Shown here piece by piece: positions 21,801 to 32,494 of a stretch of 64,000 nucleotides of DNA. The number at the start of each line of letters is the position of its first letter. Within the stretch, counting starts at the first letter, position 1. The DNA is taken from positions 22,196,001 through 22,260,000 of the forward strand of contig JBHGNT010000007.1 of NCBI GenBank assembly GCA_043228905.1, written 5' to 3'. A program made the translations under genes and the position numbers. The DNA is from Azolla caroliniana. Lineage: Eukaryota > Plantae > Polypodiophyta. A model generated the notes under the pieces. That model was not told the origin of the DNA and ran no database searches. It saw only the letters and a list, made by a program, of their open reading frames with translations.

Positions 21801-24352
21801 CCATTATGGTCCGGTTCATCCTCTCGGCCAGCCCGTTCAGTTCCGGCGTCTTCGGCACAGTAAACTCGAGTCGGATTCCCTTCGAGCGACAGTACTCCTG
21901 GAACTGCCCCCGGTATTCCCCTCCGTTATCCGCTCGTATCGCTTTCAGCTTCTTGCCGGATTCTCTTTCCACTCTCGCGTGGAGTTCTTTAAAGACGGAC
22001 AGTACTTGGTCCTTTGTCTTCAACGGTGCCGTCCACAGCTTCCGGCTGTGATCATCAATGAATGTTACGAAGTACTGGGCTCCGCCATGTGACTTCGTTT
22101 CTACCTGACACACGTCGGTGTGCACCAACTCCAATGGTGCGCCACGTCTCGTCGGTGGCCTTGAGTGGAAGGAGGTTCGGTTTTGCTTACCGGCCAGACA
22201 GTCGGTGCACTTCTCCAGGCGCACATGCTTCACTGGAATAAGGTTGTCTTCTGCAAGCCTCTTCATCCCCTTCTCACTCATGTGGCATAGTCTCTTGTGC
22301 CACAGCTCACCGGCAGTGTCGGCTGCCACATTCAACTCTTCCGGACATAACCGGGCATTCATCAGGTACAGTGTGTTGTCTTTCCGGGCCCGAGCCACTA
22401 TCAGGTTCCCCTTGCTGAACTTCATTACGCCGTTTCGGATGCTACTTGTGTAGCCTTCATCATCTAGCCTCCCGGCCGAAATCAGGTTCAATCGAACCTC
22501 CGGAACGTGTCTGACATCCTTCAGCAGCATTTTGCATCCGGTCGAGGTTGTCACCCACACGTCTCCTATGCCGGCAATCCGGCACGTACCTTCATTTCCC
22601 ATCCGAACACAGCCATGCTCACCGGCTGTGTAGGATGAGAAGTATCTTCTCTCCGGGGTCAGGTGGAACGACGCTCCGGAATCGATCACCCAGGTCGTCT
22701 CATCGCCGGCAATGTTTAGTTCACCTTCTTCGGTGATGAGCATGATCTCCTCTTCACTTGCCGCGAGTGCCGTCGTTCCTTTCCGGTCCTGCCCTCGCCG
22801 ATCCGGACCTCTCCGGTCCGTGGCTCCCCGGTATGCACCGTTTCGTTCCGGTGACTTCTTCAAATCGGTGTCGTCGGCTCCGTTGTCTTTACGGTAATGC
22901 CGACAATTCTTTCGGAAGTGCCCCGGCTTCCCACAGTGGAAGCATGTTGGCCTTCCTCTTGACTGCGACCGGGTCCCCGACTTCTCCCGTCTTTGCGGAC
23001 TCCGGTTCCATTGTCTTCCCCGTTCCGATTCGGTAAGCAGCGCCTTCGAGTCGGAGACCGGTTCTTTATCTCTCCGACGCGCTTCTTCATTTAGAATGCT
23101 TGTCTTTACCATTTGTAGAGACAAGTTATCTTCGGTGCAGGAGGTGCTGAGTGTCACCACCAAGTTCTCCCAGCTTTCCGGCAATGTACACATCAGAATG
23201 ATGGCTTGCATTGCATCCTCCAACGGGAACTTGATCGCCGCAAGCTGGTTCACGAATCCCATGAACGTGCTTACGTGTTCCACCATACTCTCGCCGTCCC
23301 GGTACTTGAGGTTCACTATCTTTCTCATCAGGGAGGTCCGATTCAACGCATTCTTCCTCTCGTAGAGGCCCGACAGCTTCCGCCACATCTCATATGCGTT
23401 GGTGTCATTCGCCACGTGTTGTAGAACGCTCACGTCGACGTATTGCCGAATGGTTGCAACGGCTTTCCGGTTCAGAAGCCTCCACTCCGTCTCAAGTACC
23501 CCCTTGGGTATTTCCGACCTGTCGATCGGTTCATACAGGTCCCGAACAATGAGCAGGTCCTCCATCTTTATCTTCCAGTCGGCGTAGTTCTGCGCGTTTA
23601 GCACCATCATGCCCGGAGGCCCACCACCGCCGCCTTCCATCTTCTGTGTTACCGTCGCTCTGATACCACTTTGTTGAACACCGCACTCGGCCACAACCGA
23701 GAAATAGGATCAAATCACAGAAAACAGGAAATACGAAATGCTCCAAGACAATAGAGAGAAGAGTACACAGTATGTTTTACGTGGAAAACCCTAAATGGGA
23801 AAAACCACGTGAGTCCTCAAACTCCAACTCACACTATACACAGAGATGTACAATGGTGAAGCTACAAGGCAACAACCTTGAGCTCACTGTCTTCGCCACA
23901 GGCGGCGGCAATACACAGAGGCAACGACCTCTTCGTCTCTCTCTCTCTCTCTCTCTCTCACGGCTGCTCTTGCTTCGCATGAAAAATAAGCAGCAACATA
24001 AACTGTTTGCCCTAAGTCATATTTATACACATATGACTTTCGGGCTATTTACAAATATAGCCTCAAGGGCCCTTGGCAAACATATTCACAAATATGTCCC
24101 CGCATCCGGATCTCTCTCCGTGTACATTCGTCATCCGGCTCCGTAGTCGGGGTCTTCAGCATCCGGTTCCGTAACCGGGGTCTTCATCATCCGTATCCGT
24201 ATCCGGGTACTCTTCATCATCCGGATCCGCATCCGGGTACACTTCATCCGGCTTCATGCCGGGTACTCTTCATCATCCGGTTCCGTAACCGCAACCGGGC
24301 TTGCCGTCATTCATCTCCGGACATCCCATCCGGAGGGACCGAAATCCCAACA
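18876..24352 (-). mobile_element. Young, apparently intact Ty1/Copia LTR retrotransposon (Tork/Tnt1-like)
   Basis: 681-bp LTRs 18876-19556 and 23672-24352, identical by eye; TSD ATTCT; PBS TGGTATCAGAGC (23657-23668); PPT GAAGGGGGAG; single open polyprotein. Confidence 0.97.
19567..23640 (-). CDS. gag-pol: Copia gag-pol polyprotein
   Basis: From MEGGGGG: gag, CCHC knuckle (CFHCGKPGHFRKNC), protease (WVIDSGAS), GAG-pre-integrase/integrase (VHTD..FIDD..RADNGGE..NGLAER), RT (LYGLKQAPRQW, LYVDD), RNase H (STTEAEY, CDSQSA). Confidence 0.95.
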   Translation of the reverse strand: MEGGGGGPPGMMVLNAQNYADWKIKMEDLLIVRDLYEPIDRSEIPKGVLETEWRLLNRKAVATIRQYVDVSVLQHVANDTNAYEMWRKLSGLYERKNALNRTSLMRKIVNLKYRDGESMVEHVSTFMGFVNQLAAIKFPLEDAMQAIILMCTLPESWENLVVTLSTSCTEDNLSLQMVKTSILNEEARRRDKEPVSDSKALLTESERGRQWNRSPQRREKSGTRSQSRGRPTCFHCGKPGHFRKNCRHYRKDNGADDTDLKKSPERNGAYRGATDRRGPDRRGQDRKGTTALAASEEEIMLITEEGELNIAGDETTWVIDSGASFHLTPERRYFSSYTAGEHGCVRMGNEGTCRIAGIGDVWVTTSTGCKMLLKDVRHVPEVRLNLISAGRLDDEGYTSSIRNGVMKFSKGNLIVARARKDNTLYLMNARLCPEELNVAADTAGELWHKRLCHMSEKGMKRLAEDNLIPVKHVRLEKCTDCLAGKQNRTSFHSRPPTRRGAPLELVHTDVCQVETKSHGGAQYFVTFIDDHSRKLWTAPLKTKDQVLSVFKELHARVERESGKKLKAIRADNGGEYRGQFQEYCRSKGIRLEFTVPKTPELNGLAERMNRTIMERVRSMLAHAKLPKGFWAEAMSTATYVINRSPSVPLDGDTPQRVWTGKEVSYRHLKVFGCLAYVHVAKDRRGKLDPKTRPCIFLGYGDDEFGYRVWDPVDKKIFRSRDIIFMEDKTLADWESEKKMKSSKSTGEDQLYEEQSRPARDRLALEDPAEDGEETEPAEEDENDTGTGPDPEMDSDEEESEEPVTEAPERRYPLRERRAPRRFPEPEHVLLTDEGEPESFEEAKHDTQSRRWLSAMQDEMDSLHENHTYELVELPKGKRALRNKWVFKLKPGDAGNPPRYKARIVVKGFQQKKGVDFDEIFAPVVKMTSIRTVLSIAASMDLEVEHMDVKTAFLHGDLEEEIYMQQPEGFEKKGKEHLVCRLKKSLYGLKQAPRQWYRKFDSFMTDEGYLKTQSDHCVFVKKFEGGDFLILLLYVDDMLIVGRDQVKIRMLKKALHRTFSMKDLGPARQILGMHIIRDRKKKQLWLSQEKYVTKVLQRFNMSEARPVGSTLPANCKLSSKQSPKTKAEKEDMMKVPYASAVRSLMYAMVCTRPDIGYAVGVVSRYMSNPGKEHWNAVKWILRYLKGTGNVCLRFGSGKPELDGFTDSDMSADADTSRSTSGYVMTYAGGAVSWQSRLQKTVALSTTEAEYMAAVEAGKEIIWMKDFIRELGIRQEEYRLYCDSQSAIHLAKNAAYHSRTKHIQRRYHWIRERIEDKEFVLTKIHTNENGSDMLTKVLTPDKLEACRKRIGLERHPMPK

Positions 24353-24498
24353 ATTCTCTTTCTCTTTTCTTCGACGAACACCTCGTGGTTGTCGCACATC
24401 ACCTCTGCGAGTATGGTGTTGTCGTCTACTGGATCCGACCACCCGGTTATGCTTTGCACGCTTCGGTCCGCAAGCTCTACCTCGTTCGATGTGATTTT

Positions 24499-25626
24499 TC
24501 ACTTCTTCTCATATTCGAGAACGGAAGTCCAAAACTTTGCTCCCGCTCTAGCAACTTCAGTCTTGTCTTTCCCGACTCTTATTCCGGCCGACGCAGCATA
24601 GTGCATCGCATCCACATGAGTCGCATCGGCATCCTCCATAGATTTCTTCATTCCTCCTCTTCCGAAATTCACCCGTAGGGGTCTTCTAGTCTCACTTGAG
24701 CAGATCATGTTGTCCTCTATGTATACGATATTTTGTCGAATCTCTTCTCGAAGGCTCGCACAATCCCTTCTAATGTGCTCCATGCTATCGCACCACACGC
24801 ATCTAAAGGGTTCTTTTCCTTTAGGGCCCCGACGATTCATGTTGGCTAGCGTGACCTTCTCGAACATCTTCGCTAGCTCTTCGATGATGTCGTCATCAAT
24901 CTTCTTTTCTTCCACGTTACTTTGTCTCAGCGGCTCAGCTACTTTCGGCAGTCTTGCTTTCTCCGTGGTAGTCGGTCCCGTCATGTCGGTGTCATCAACC
25001 CATTGGCGACGCTTGTCGAGCCTATTGCATGCCCGCTTCACTGCGATCCAGTCCGCTACGAGCCCATTTGCTTGGGTATCATCTTCGAGAAGAGTCCCCA
25101 ACTCCCGTCTATCCTTTATGTCCACGGCCTTCAAGAAGTACAAAGTCTTGTCCTCTTCAAGCAATACTTGGTCCGTATTGGGGAGACGACTAAACATCTG
25201 GTCGAATTCGTCGTACACCCTCGAGACGCTCATCTTCTTATTCTTCTTCTCTATCCACTTCATCAGGGCATGTCGAGTCATCCTCGTTGAGTCTTCAGTC
25301 ACGAACTCCGCTAGTATCGTTTTCTCGAACTCGGACCATGTTGTCTTTCCTTCTTGAAGCTCGATGACGCATCTTTGGATGTTGTTGGCGACAACTCTCT
25401 TGAAGCTTGCGATTTGACGTGCCTCGGACACGTCCCTTTGATTCATCTCCCTCTTATATGCATCAAGGAACTTCGTAACGTTCCTTCCATCGAATTGGCC
25501 CTCGAGCTCTACGACACGATCGACAGCCTTCTCCACGCTCGCGTCGTTGTCCCGAGATCTCATCATTTGCTCGACGATTAGCATCATCCTTTCGAGCTCT
25601 CCTGCTTGGTTGCTTGAGGACGCCAT
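24499..25626 (-). CDS. gag: Gypsy gag (N-terminal part) with CCHC knuckle
   Basis: FDGRNVTKFL motif and CVWCDSMEHIRRDC; lies just downstream of the PBS. Confidence 0.85.
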   Translation of the reverse strand: MASSSNQAGELERMMLIVEQMMRSRDNDASVEKAVDRVVELEGQFDGRNVTKFLDAYKREMNQRDVSEARQIASFKRVVANNIQRCVIELQEGKTTWSEFEKTILAEFVTEDSTRMTRHALMKWIEKKNKKMSVSRVYDEFDQMFSRLPNTDQVLLEEDKTLYFLKAVDIKDRRELGTLLEDDTQANGLVADWIAVKRACNRLDKRRQWVDDTDMTGPTTTEKARLPKVAEPLRQSNVEEKKIDDDIIEELAKMFEKVTLANMNRRGPKGKEPFRCVWCDSMEHIRRDCASLREEIRQNIVYIEDNMICSSETRRPLRVNFGRGGMKKSMEDADATHVDAMHYAASAGIRVGKDKTEVARAGAKFWTSVLEYEKK

Positions 25627-26095
25627 CTCCAAGTATTAATCTCGACTTGATCTTTCCTACCGCCTCTTTCACGTCGGGTTCACCACTTAATTATGTCGTG
25701 AAGATCCGTCACTACGCGCGGATCGTGAGGCGGAACCGCCGGGGTTCTGGACCAGAAGGATTTAGAGTCGATACAAGCTTTGGCGAGAAAGTACTTAAGA
25801 TAGATTGGGAAAGAGAGAAGTTGAGATTACACGATCAATTTGATAACGAATTTCTTCCTCTTAATTTTCATAAAAAAAAACCGTGTTTTTTCTCCTCCCC
25901 CTTCCCTCTTTTATAGATGCTCTCATGCATATGATGCATGTGAGGGTACAAGACATGCATAAATTGCATGTTTGCCATTTGGCGCTTAAGTATTACATGT
26001 GGTGCATGCTAATCAGGTCACTCATTTTAGCTCTCATGTATGAGAATTTACATGTAAAAGTACAATGATAGAAATATAATTTCAACTAAATAGCA

Positions 26096-26149
26096 TGGCT
26101 TAATGGTAAGCCAATTGACTCCTAACTTGGAGGTGCAAGGTTTGAATCC
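26096..26149 (+). promoter_or_regulatory. tRNA-derived Pol III A-box/B-box cassette within Gypsy LTR (repeated at 14379-14432)
   Basis: TGGCTTAATGG ... GGTTTGAATCC, antisense to the element. Confidence 0.6.
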
Positions 26150-29023
26150 ATACTTGCCTTCCTTGTATATGTAAATATGTATATATATTTATATATTTAT
26201 TTTATCTAGTCGCCGGTTCGCCGGATACCGGTGCCTCGCCGGATGCCGCCGCCGGATACCGGTGCCGCATGCCGCCGCCGGGTTGCGGTCGGATGCCGTC
26301 GGATCACCGGCTCCATCGCCGGTCCGGTTTTGGTTGGCCAAAACCCTTTTCAAGTAGCTAGCCACCTCCACTCTTAGTTCAAGTTACCTTGAACTCTCTA
26401 TGCTCCACACATAGACACAAAGATAATATCTTTTGCTCCACCTTATATATGATGAGAGCCGTATTTGTCGTGCCTATGTGGGATATCTCACAATTTTCTC
26501 TTTTCTTTTCACAAACTTTATACCCTCATATCTTGACATTTAGTTGTCCATTTCTCGTGTAATAAAGTGCATTTGAAACCTCCATCATTTTATACTTAGA
26601 TATTAAAAATGTTATCTTCACAATTATTGTATTACGTGATTCATACTCAATTTCGTACGTTTTATAGGATTTTCACACTATTGCCGAAAATCTTCACGAC
26701 ACCGTGTGTCTACGCATACCTTTTCGCAACAAGTCGGGCCTTATACTGATTGACAGTGCCATCGGCGTTGTGCTTCACCTTGTATATGATCCATCAACAC
26801 CCTACGAGTATACATTTTTTTGACTTGGGATCTAGTTTTTGTCACTTTTCGTTGGGAATATGTACAAATGCGATAGAGCCGAATATCCTTAGCTGGGATA
26901 GGTTCAACATCTTTCCATAGAACTTCTCAGCATCGTGCACTCCAAATGTTGTGCACCAATTCATTAGATAGATAACTGTTTTTGCCGCTTCAACCCAATA
27001 TGATTTCGGCAAGCTTTTCTCGACGTTTATCATTGCCGTTGTTACCTCTAATATGTGACAATTCTTCTGTTCGAGTACTCCGTTTTGCTAAGGTGTATGT
27101 CGGTAGGTAAACTCCCACCGAATTCCTTCTTGTCGAAGGTATGCGGTAAAGGCGTCAGAGAAGTACTCTTTGCCTCCGTCCGATTGAAGGCCTTTTCGAC
27201 TTCGTTTTCAAACTTTTGGAAGTGTGTGAACACTTTGCTCTTTTGACACATAGGATAAATCCATGTGTGTTTGGCGAAGTCGTCGATGAATATGACGTAA
27301 TATCGGCAACCACCAAATGTTGTCGTCTGAGCTGGCCCCATACATATGAATATATTACATCTAGGATCCCTTTGCTTACATTCCTCTCTTTCGGGAACGT
27401 TTGCCGATGTTGTTTGCCAAATTGGCAGGCTTCACATACACCTGCAATCTCCTCCTCAATAAAGGTCGGGAGTCCGATGACGACTCCTTTCGACTGCATT
27501 CCTTTGAGCTTCTAGAGGTTGATGTGGCCGATTCTTTTGTGCCATAGCTCTATATTGGCTTCGCTTTATGGCCCTTGGCAAACATTGTCGATTTCATCTC
27601 ATGAGAGTCAAGGATGAACATTCAGCCTTCTCTTTGTCCGTGAGTGATAATTCAGCCTTCCTTTTCAATGAAGCAACCTCTGTGATTGAATTGGACGCGC
27701 ATGCCTTGTTCCACGATCGGGCTAACCGAGACCGGATTCTTTGTTATAGTTGGAACATGCAAGACGTTCTTAATGAAGGTCTGATTGCACTCTTTGCCAA
27801 ATGGGACATTACCAACATGCTAAATGGGGTGAATTGTGTCATCCCCAGTTTCCACATAGCCGGGTCGTTGGTCTTTCGCAACTATCGTAACCAATCTTCA
27901 TGAGACGTCATGTGATTAGATGCACTCGACTCGACAAACCATACATTTTCTGAAATGGAGGTGTCAATCGAGCACGATTTGTCATCGAATTCGCTCGATG
28001 CTGCATCATGAACATTCCTCCATGATCGTCATAATCGGAATTTGAGGCGTAGTTAGTAAGTTGTCGGCTTGTGAAAGCCGACTCGCTTTTCTTCTTCCAA
28101 CACTCTACCTCATAGTGATTGAATTTGCCACAATATCTACATTGAACAAAGTTGTTCTCTCGGCTTGGTCAACCATGATTGCTCCCCCTTCAGCCAGACG
28201 CCCCTCCTCGCGTGTTTGTGACGTCTTGCCGGTAGTAGAAGTTGTGTTAATGGGACTACCTTTGATTGTTTCGGCCTTGGCCTAATTGGCCCCTTCTTCC
28301 ATGGTCGGGCCCTCTTCCTCCATCCGAACTAGTATAGAGTGTTTGTCTGTTTGATGTATTGCCACTTGTTCGGACGTGATTTTCTTCGACTAGTAACATC
28401 GACTCGAGATTGAATGAGGGAGGGTTCTCCCTTGTGAGGACGACTGATCTTATTGCACCGAACCAAGGTGTTAGGCCGTCGAGGCATATTTGCACCATTT
28501 CATCGCCGTCAATGTTGACATTGATTGACCTGAGCGAGTCACACAACTCCTTGATCTTCAAGGTGTAGTTGCCGATTGACATATCCCTATACTGGATATT
28601 GTTAAACTCTTGACGGAGTCGAAGTTTTCGTGCGACTGTGTTGGTCGTGAATATCTATTTGAGGTTCCCCCGTGCCTCCTTTGGCGTTTTGGCCTCTCGA
28701 ATGTAGCCGAGCATGTGATCATGAACGCATGATGCAAGGCAGTACAACACACTACTTGATGCTTGCTCCCATGCTGGGTAGTCGCTGTGTGTGCTTTTCA
28801 CTAGGGAGAGAGCTGCTCATCTGAGTGTTCATGATGGTCAACTTGTGATTTCTTCTTCTCTGTGATATGAACTGTGGAGGGTTGCTGCTACAACGATCTG
28901 CTGGTTCTTCGTGAACATTCGCATAAGCACAACACACGCGAATGAGCTTGGATCAAGCTACCAATCACTCAGATACCATGTAAAGAATCAAGTGTGATTT
29001 TGTGTAGCGGAAGAGATATGTGT

Positions 29024-29055
<32 letters not shown>

Positions 29056-32000
29056 ATGATAGGGAGAGAGAGAGAGAGAGAGAGAGAGAAACACAAGGTA
29101 TGTAGAAAATAGAAAAAATTGTATTAACAAGGAAAGACAGCCAACAATTACAAAGAAGAGGAGAAGGTGCTTCTGTAGTCACCTTCTCTATATATTTCTC
29201 TTACTGCAACCACCTCTTGGGAAGGAGGTGGAGACGTAACTACCTAGTAACTATGTGTCATATGACTTAACTCCTATGACACATTAGTTATGATACAAAG
29301 TGGTGGGGTGTTCACACACTTGGCTATTCCTAAGGCGTGTTCCCACACTAGGGAAGTTGAGTTTTATTCTCAACAAATTGAAATCATCAAACCATTTGTA
29401 ATAAAAAAGTAATCAATTTGAAATAAATAGATTTCATTAAAAACAACAAATGAATTATGATGAATATATTATGTATAAAAAATAGAATTGAATCCCTTTG
29501 ATATGAAAATTTATTGAATCAAAATGAACCCATTTCCAGAAGATTGATTTGTTTAGAAACAAAAATGCCCAATTAGGGAAATGAATCTATTGGTAACAAA
29601 TAATTTGTTGTTATGATGATGATTATTGTTACTAAAAATAAGCATCAAAATGAAGGGACAAAATTAGAAGAAAGAATATTAGGAAATAAATATGATAATT
29701 AGTGAATAATGAGTGACCATGCAAATAACACTAATTGAATTTGTCGCCAAAAGCATTCATAATGCCAAGACAAACTAGTGCCCAAAAAAATTTAATGCCA
29801 GACGAACATCAAACTAGTGCCATCACCATATTTCAAGTCTTTCAACCATTGTTGTGCTTAGAGCTAGAGCCACTAGTGAAGCATTGAAGGGGCAAATAAT
29901 TTCGAAACACTAACTTAGGGTACCTAAAAATCAAAGAAAAAACTAATTACAAAGTAATAAGTGGAAAAGGTGGCAGTGCCATCGGTGAAGATTTTCTGAT
30001 TCAAGTCATAGGAGTACTCATATTGCATTCTTCTTCATCTTGTTGATTTAGAGAATGTTATGGCTTTGTTGTACTTTCTTTACTAGTGCAATATTTTACG
30101 AGGATTTTTATCGTTATCTTTATCTATAAAGCTTGGCTATGGTCGTTCAACATCACTTCATCACGGGAAGACCTTAATTATCCCTATGCTGAGGGTATTG
30201 AACCCCCCAATAAAACACATTGCAATATTAATTCTAATAGAGCATGTTGTCATGACCGGTATTTAGTGACCTAGAGGGTGAGAAAGTTGGTGGTTAAGGC
30301 ATCCCCTAAGGGAGCTTCTTATATATGGGTCATAGATTCTGAGGATGCAATTGTAACACTCACTATATTTTATCAACAAACCTACCTAACACATGCCAAC
30401 AATTTTCTTGAGCAAGCTAAACATTGGATGAGGTGGGTACGATGTCAAAAAACATGGCTGAAAATAGACCACACATAGTAAAGAGAGCGTAACAAAACTC
30501 CTTGGGAAACTCGTTAAGAGAGATTCACAAATGACAACAAAATGTTTAGACCATGTTATATGTAGCATGAGAACCACCTCCTTCTCCATGCTAATAACAT
30601 GGGCGCATCAGGTGAGAGGATCTTCTACAACATTCTAACGGATCCATGTTTTTCTCACCAACTACATGTGGATGTTTTGGCTAGTCCTGCATTGAGAACC
30701 ACATACTAAAGAATGATCCATATAGGTGTTATAGAAACATTAATTTTCCCATGAACAAAATCAATGAAATTCAAGATGAAGACAAGTTGCGTTAATTCAT
30801 CCTAATGAAGACAATGCACCAATTGCCATTGCTCTATTCAACACTTCATGTTCAATAAGATGATAAGAACTAATGTTTAATTAAATACTATTAAGAATAT
30901 GCCCTTCAATTCCAACATTCTCTAGAGTTTCTTAATATTTTGGTTTTCTCTATCACTTTAGAATGTAATGGAATACTCTATAACGCCATTGGAACATCGT
31001 TGTAAAAATCAAAGCCTATCATTGTTTACTAATTTAAATAGGAAGCAACCATTAACTCATGGACAACAAATGTAACGTAGGGCCACAATCTTGGGAACAA
31101 CCCCCGTAGGCTAGTTGGGCTTTACAAGTTTCGAAGTAAGATAAAATAAAATAAAATAAAGTGTGTGGGATTGTGCAAAAAGTTTGAATGTTTTCAATGT
31201 TTAGAATTTCATGGACTACAAAGTAACGTCATCCATCACGAAGGAAACTAATCTAATTGCCACTCGTGCTAAATGTGGGGGTAAAAGGTGATGTTCCACT
31301 CGAAAAGCATGCTCAAATTCATGAATATATACCTTTCTCATTTCTTCAAGATCATAAATTAAGCAAGAACGATATGCCATGAATTAGGCAAGTTCACAAG
31401 AACTTCCTCCTATAATCAAGTTGGAAACTAAGACTAGGTTTTGTTGGAACTTGAAATTTGTAAATAAGGCTTTTTTGTCATCATCAAGAAAACGTAAATG
31501 CGGAATTCATTCTAGGTATTTTAATCAAGGACATTTTGTGGTAGCTCCAATGAACTTAGTTGCGACTTATTCTCTTGCTTAATTTGGTCAAAAAAAGAAA
31601 ACACATTAATAAAACCATCATTTCTACTATATTGTGCTTTGTTTTATGTGGTAATACTAGATTAATTGTAAGTTGTAGCTAGATTGCTTTAGGGTTTTCT
31701 AAATCCCCTATTATGGCTACATCACTTTGTATATTTTGCTTCATTTATAGATCCAAATTTTGGTATCGTTCCTACTATCTTTAGATTTGTGTTTAAAAGA
31801 AATACTAGATGTTCCTAATTTGAACTAGGAAAAATAGCATCATACTCCAAACCTTATTTATTCTTTAACGCGTGAAAAGGCATCTTAAAGGTACACAACA
31901 ATGCGCAACAAAATTTGAAAATCATTACATGAACAATCATTGAGAAAATTAAACTAAGAAAGTTTACTTACTATTCATCAAGAAAAATTAGTGAAACCCC

Positions 32001-32494
32001 ATATAATGCAGTTAAAAATGACATAAGGGGAAATTATATGCACCGAGAAAAATGTTAGCTTGTAAACATTTAGGTTCATAGTATTTGTAATCGTGGGGCT
32101 ATTTGATCTCTCACTAACTGATCTATAGCAACGTGTAACTTTTAAGGCAGGCATTGTGCAACTTACAAGAGACGAGCAATCATGAGTAAATAATGCCTTA
32201 AAGAGAAAAATGAGGCACTCACAAAAGGCTATCTTGTAATATTAGTATATAATAAGTAGTACGCTATAAGGTAGCTATAAACAAGAACACTTGTGAGAAG
32301 TAGATATATTTGTGGTAACTACTTAGAAAACAATGGAAAACATCATAATTCTACATTAGTACTAGTTTAATATCCTGCAAACACTTGTATCTCAATATAT
32401 TTAATGTTTCTAACTAGGAATTAGCAATTCACAATTGAGGTGTGTGTGTATATATATATATATATTGTGTGTGTGTGTGTTGAGGGATTTGCCT

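Larger units (their letters stand above)
13977..26701 (-). mobile_element. Ty3/Gypsy LTR retrotransposon (non-chromodomain, tRNA-Trp PBS; Phygy/RLG-like by inference), interrupted and partly deleted
   Basis: 5' LTR 25694-26701; 3' LTR 13977-~14810 (truncated internally); 4-bp TSD CCGT; PBS 25669-25685; gag-PR-RT-INT order. Confidence 0.92.
7215..29375 (-). mobile_element. Old degenerate Ty1/Copia LTR retrotransposon hosting nested insertions
   Basis: LTRs 28979-29375 (5') and 7215-7815 (3'), TG...CA, TSD AATTG; PBS TGGTATCTGAG at 28968-28978. Frameshifted gag/protease/integrase at 26702-28800 (CEACQFGKQ, FIDDF), RT at 13113-13976, RNase H at 8017-8426 (NPIFHTRTKHIEVDYHF). Confidence 0.9.

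Noticed and set aside
19582-23587. Many 60-185 aa plus-strand ORFs
   Set aside because: Antisense shadows of the GC-rich Copia polyprotein.
29950-30800. Possible decayed transposon coding sequence
   Set aside because: No motif or boundary could be established by eye.
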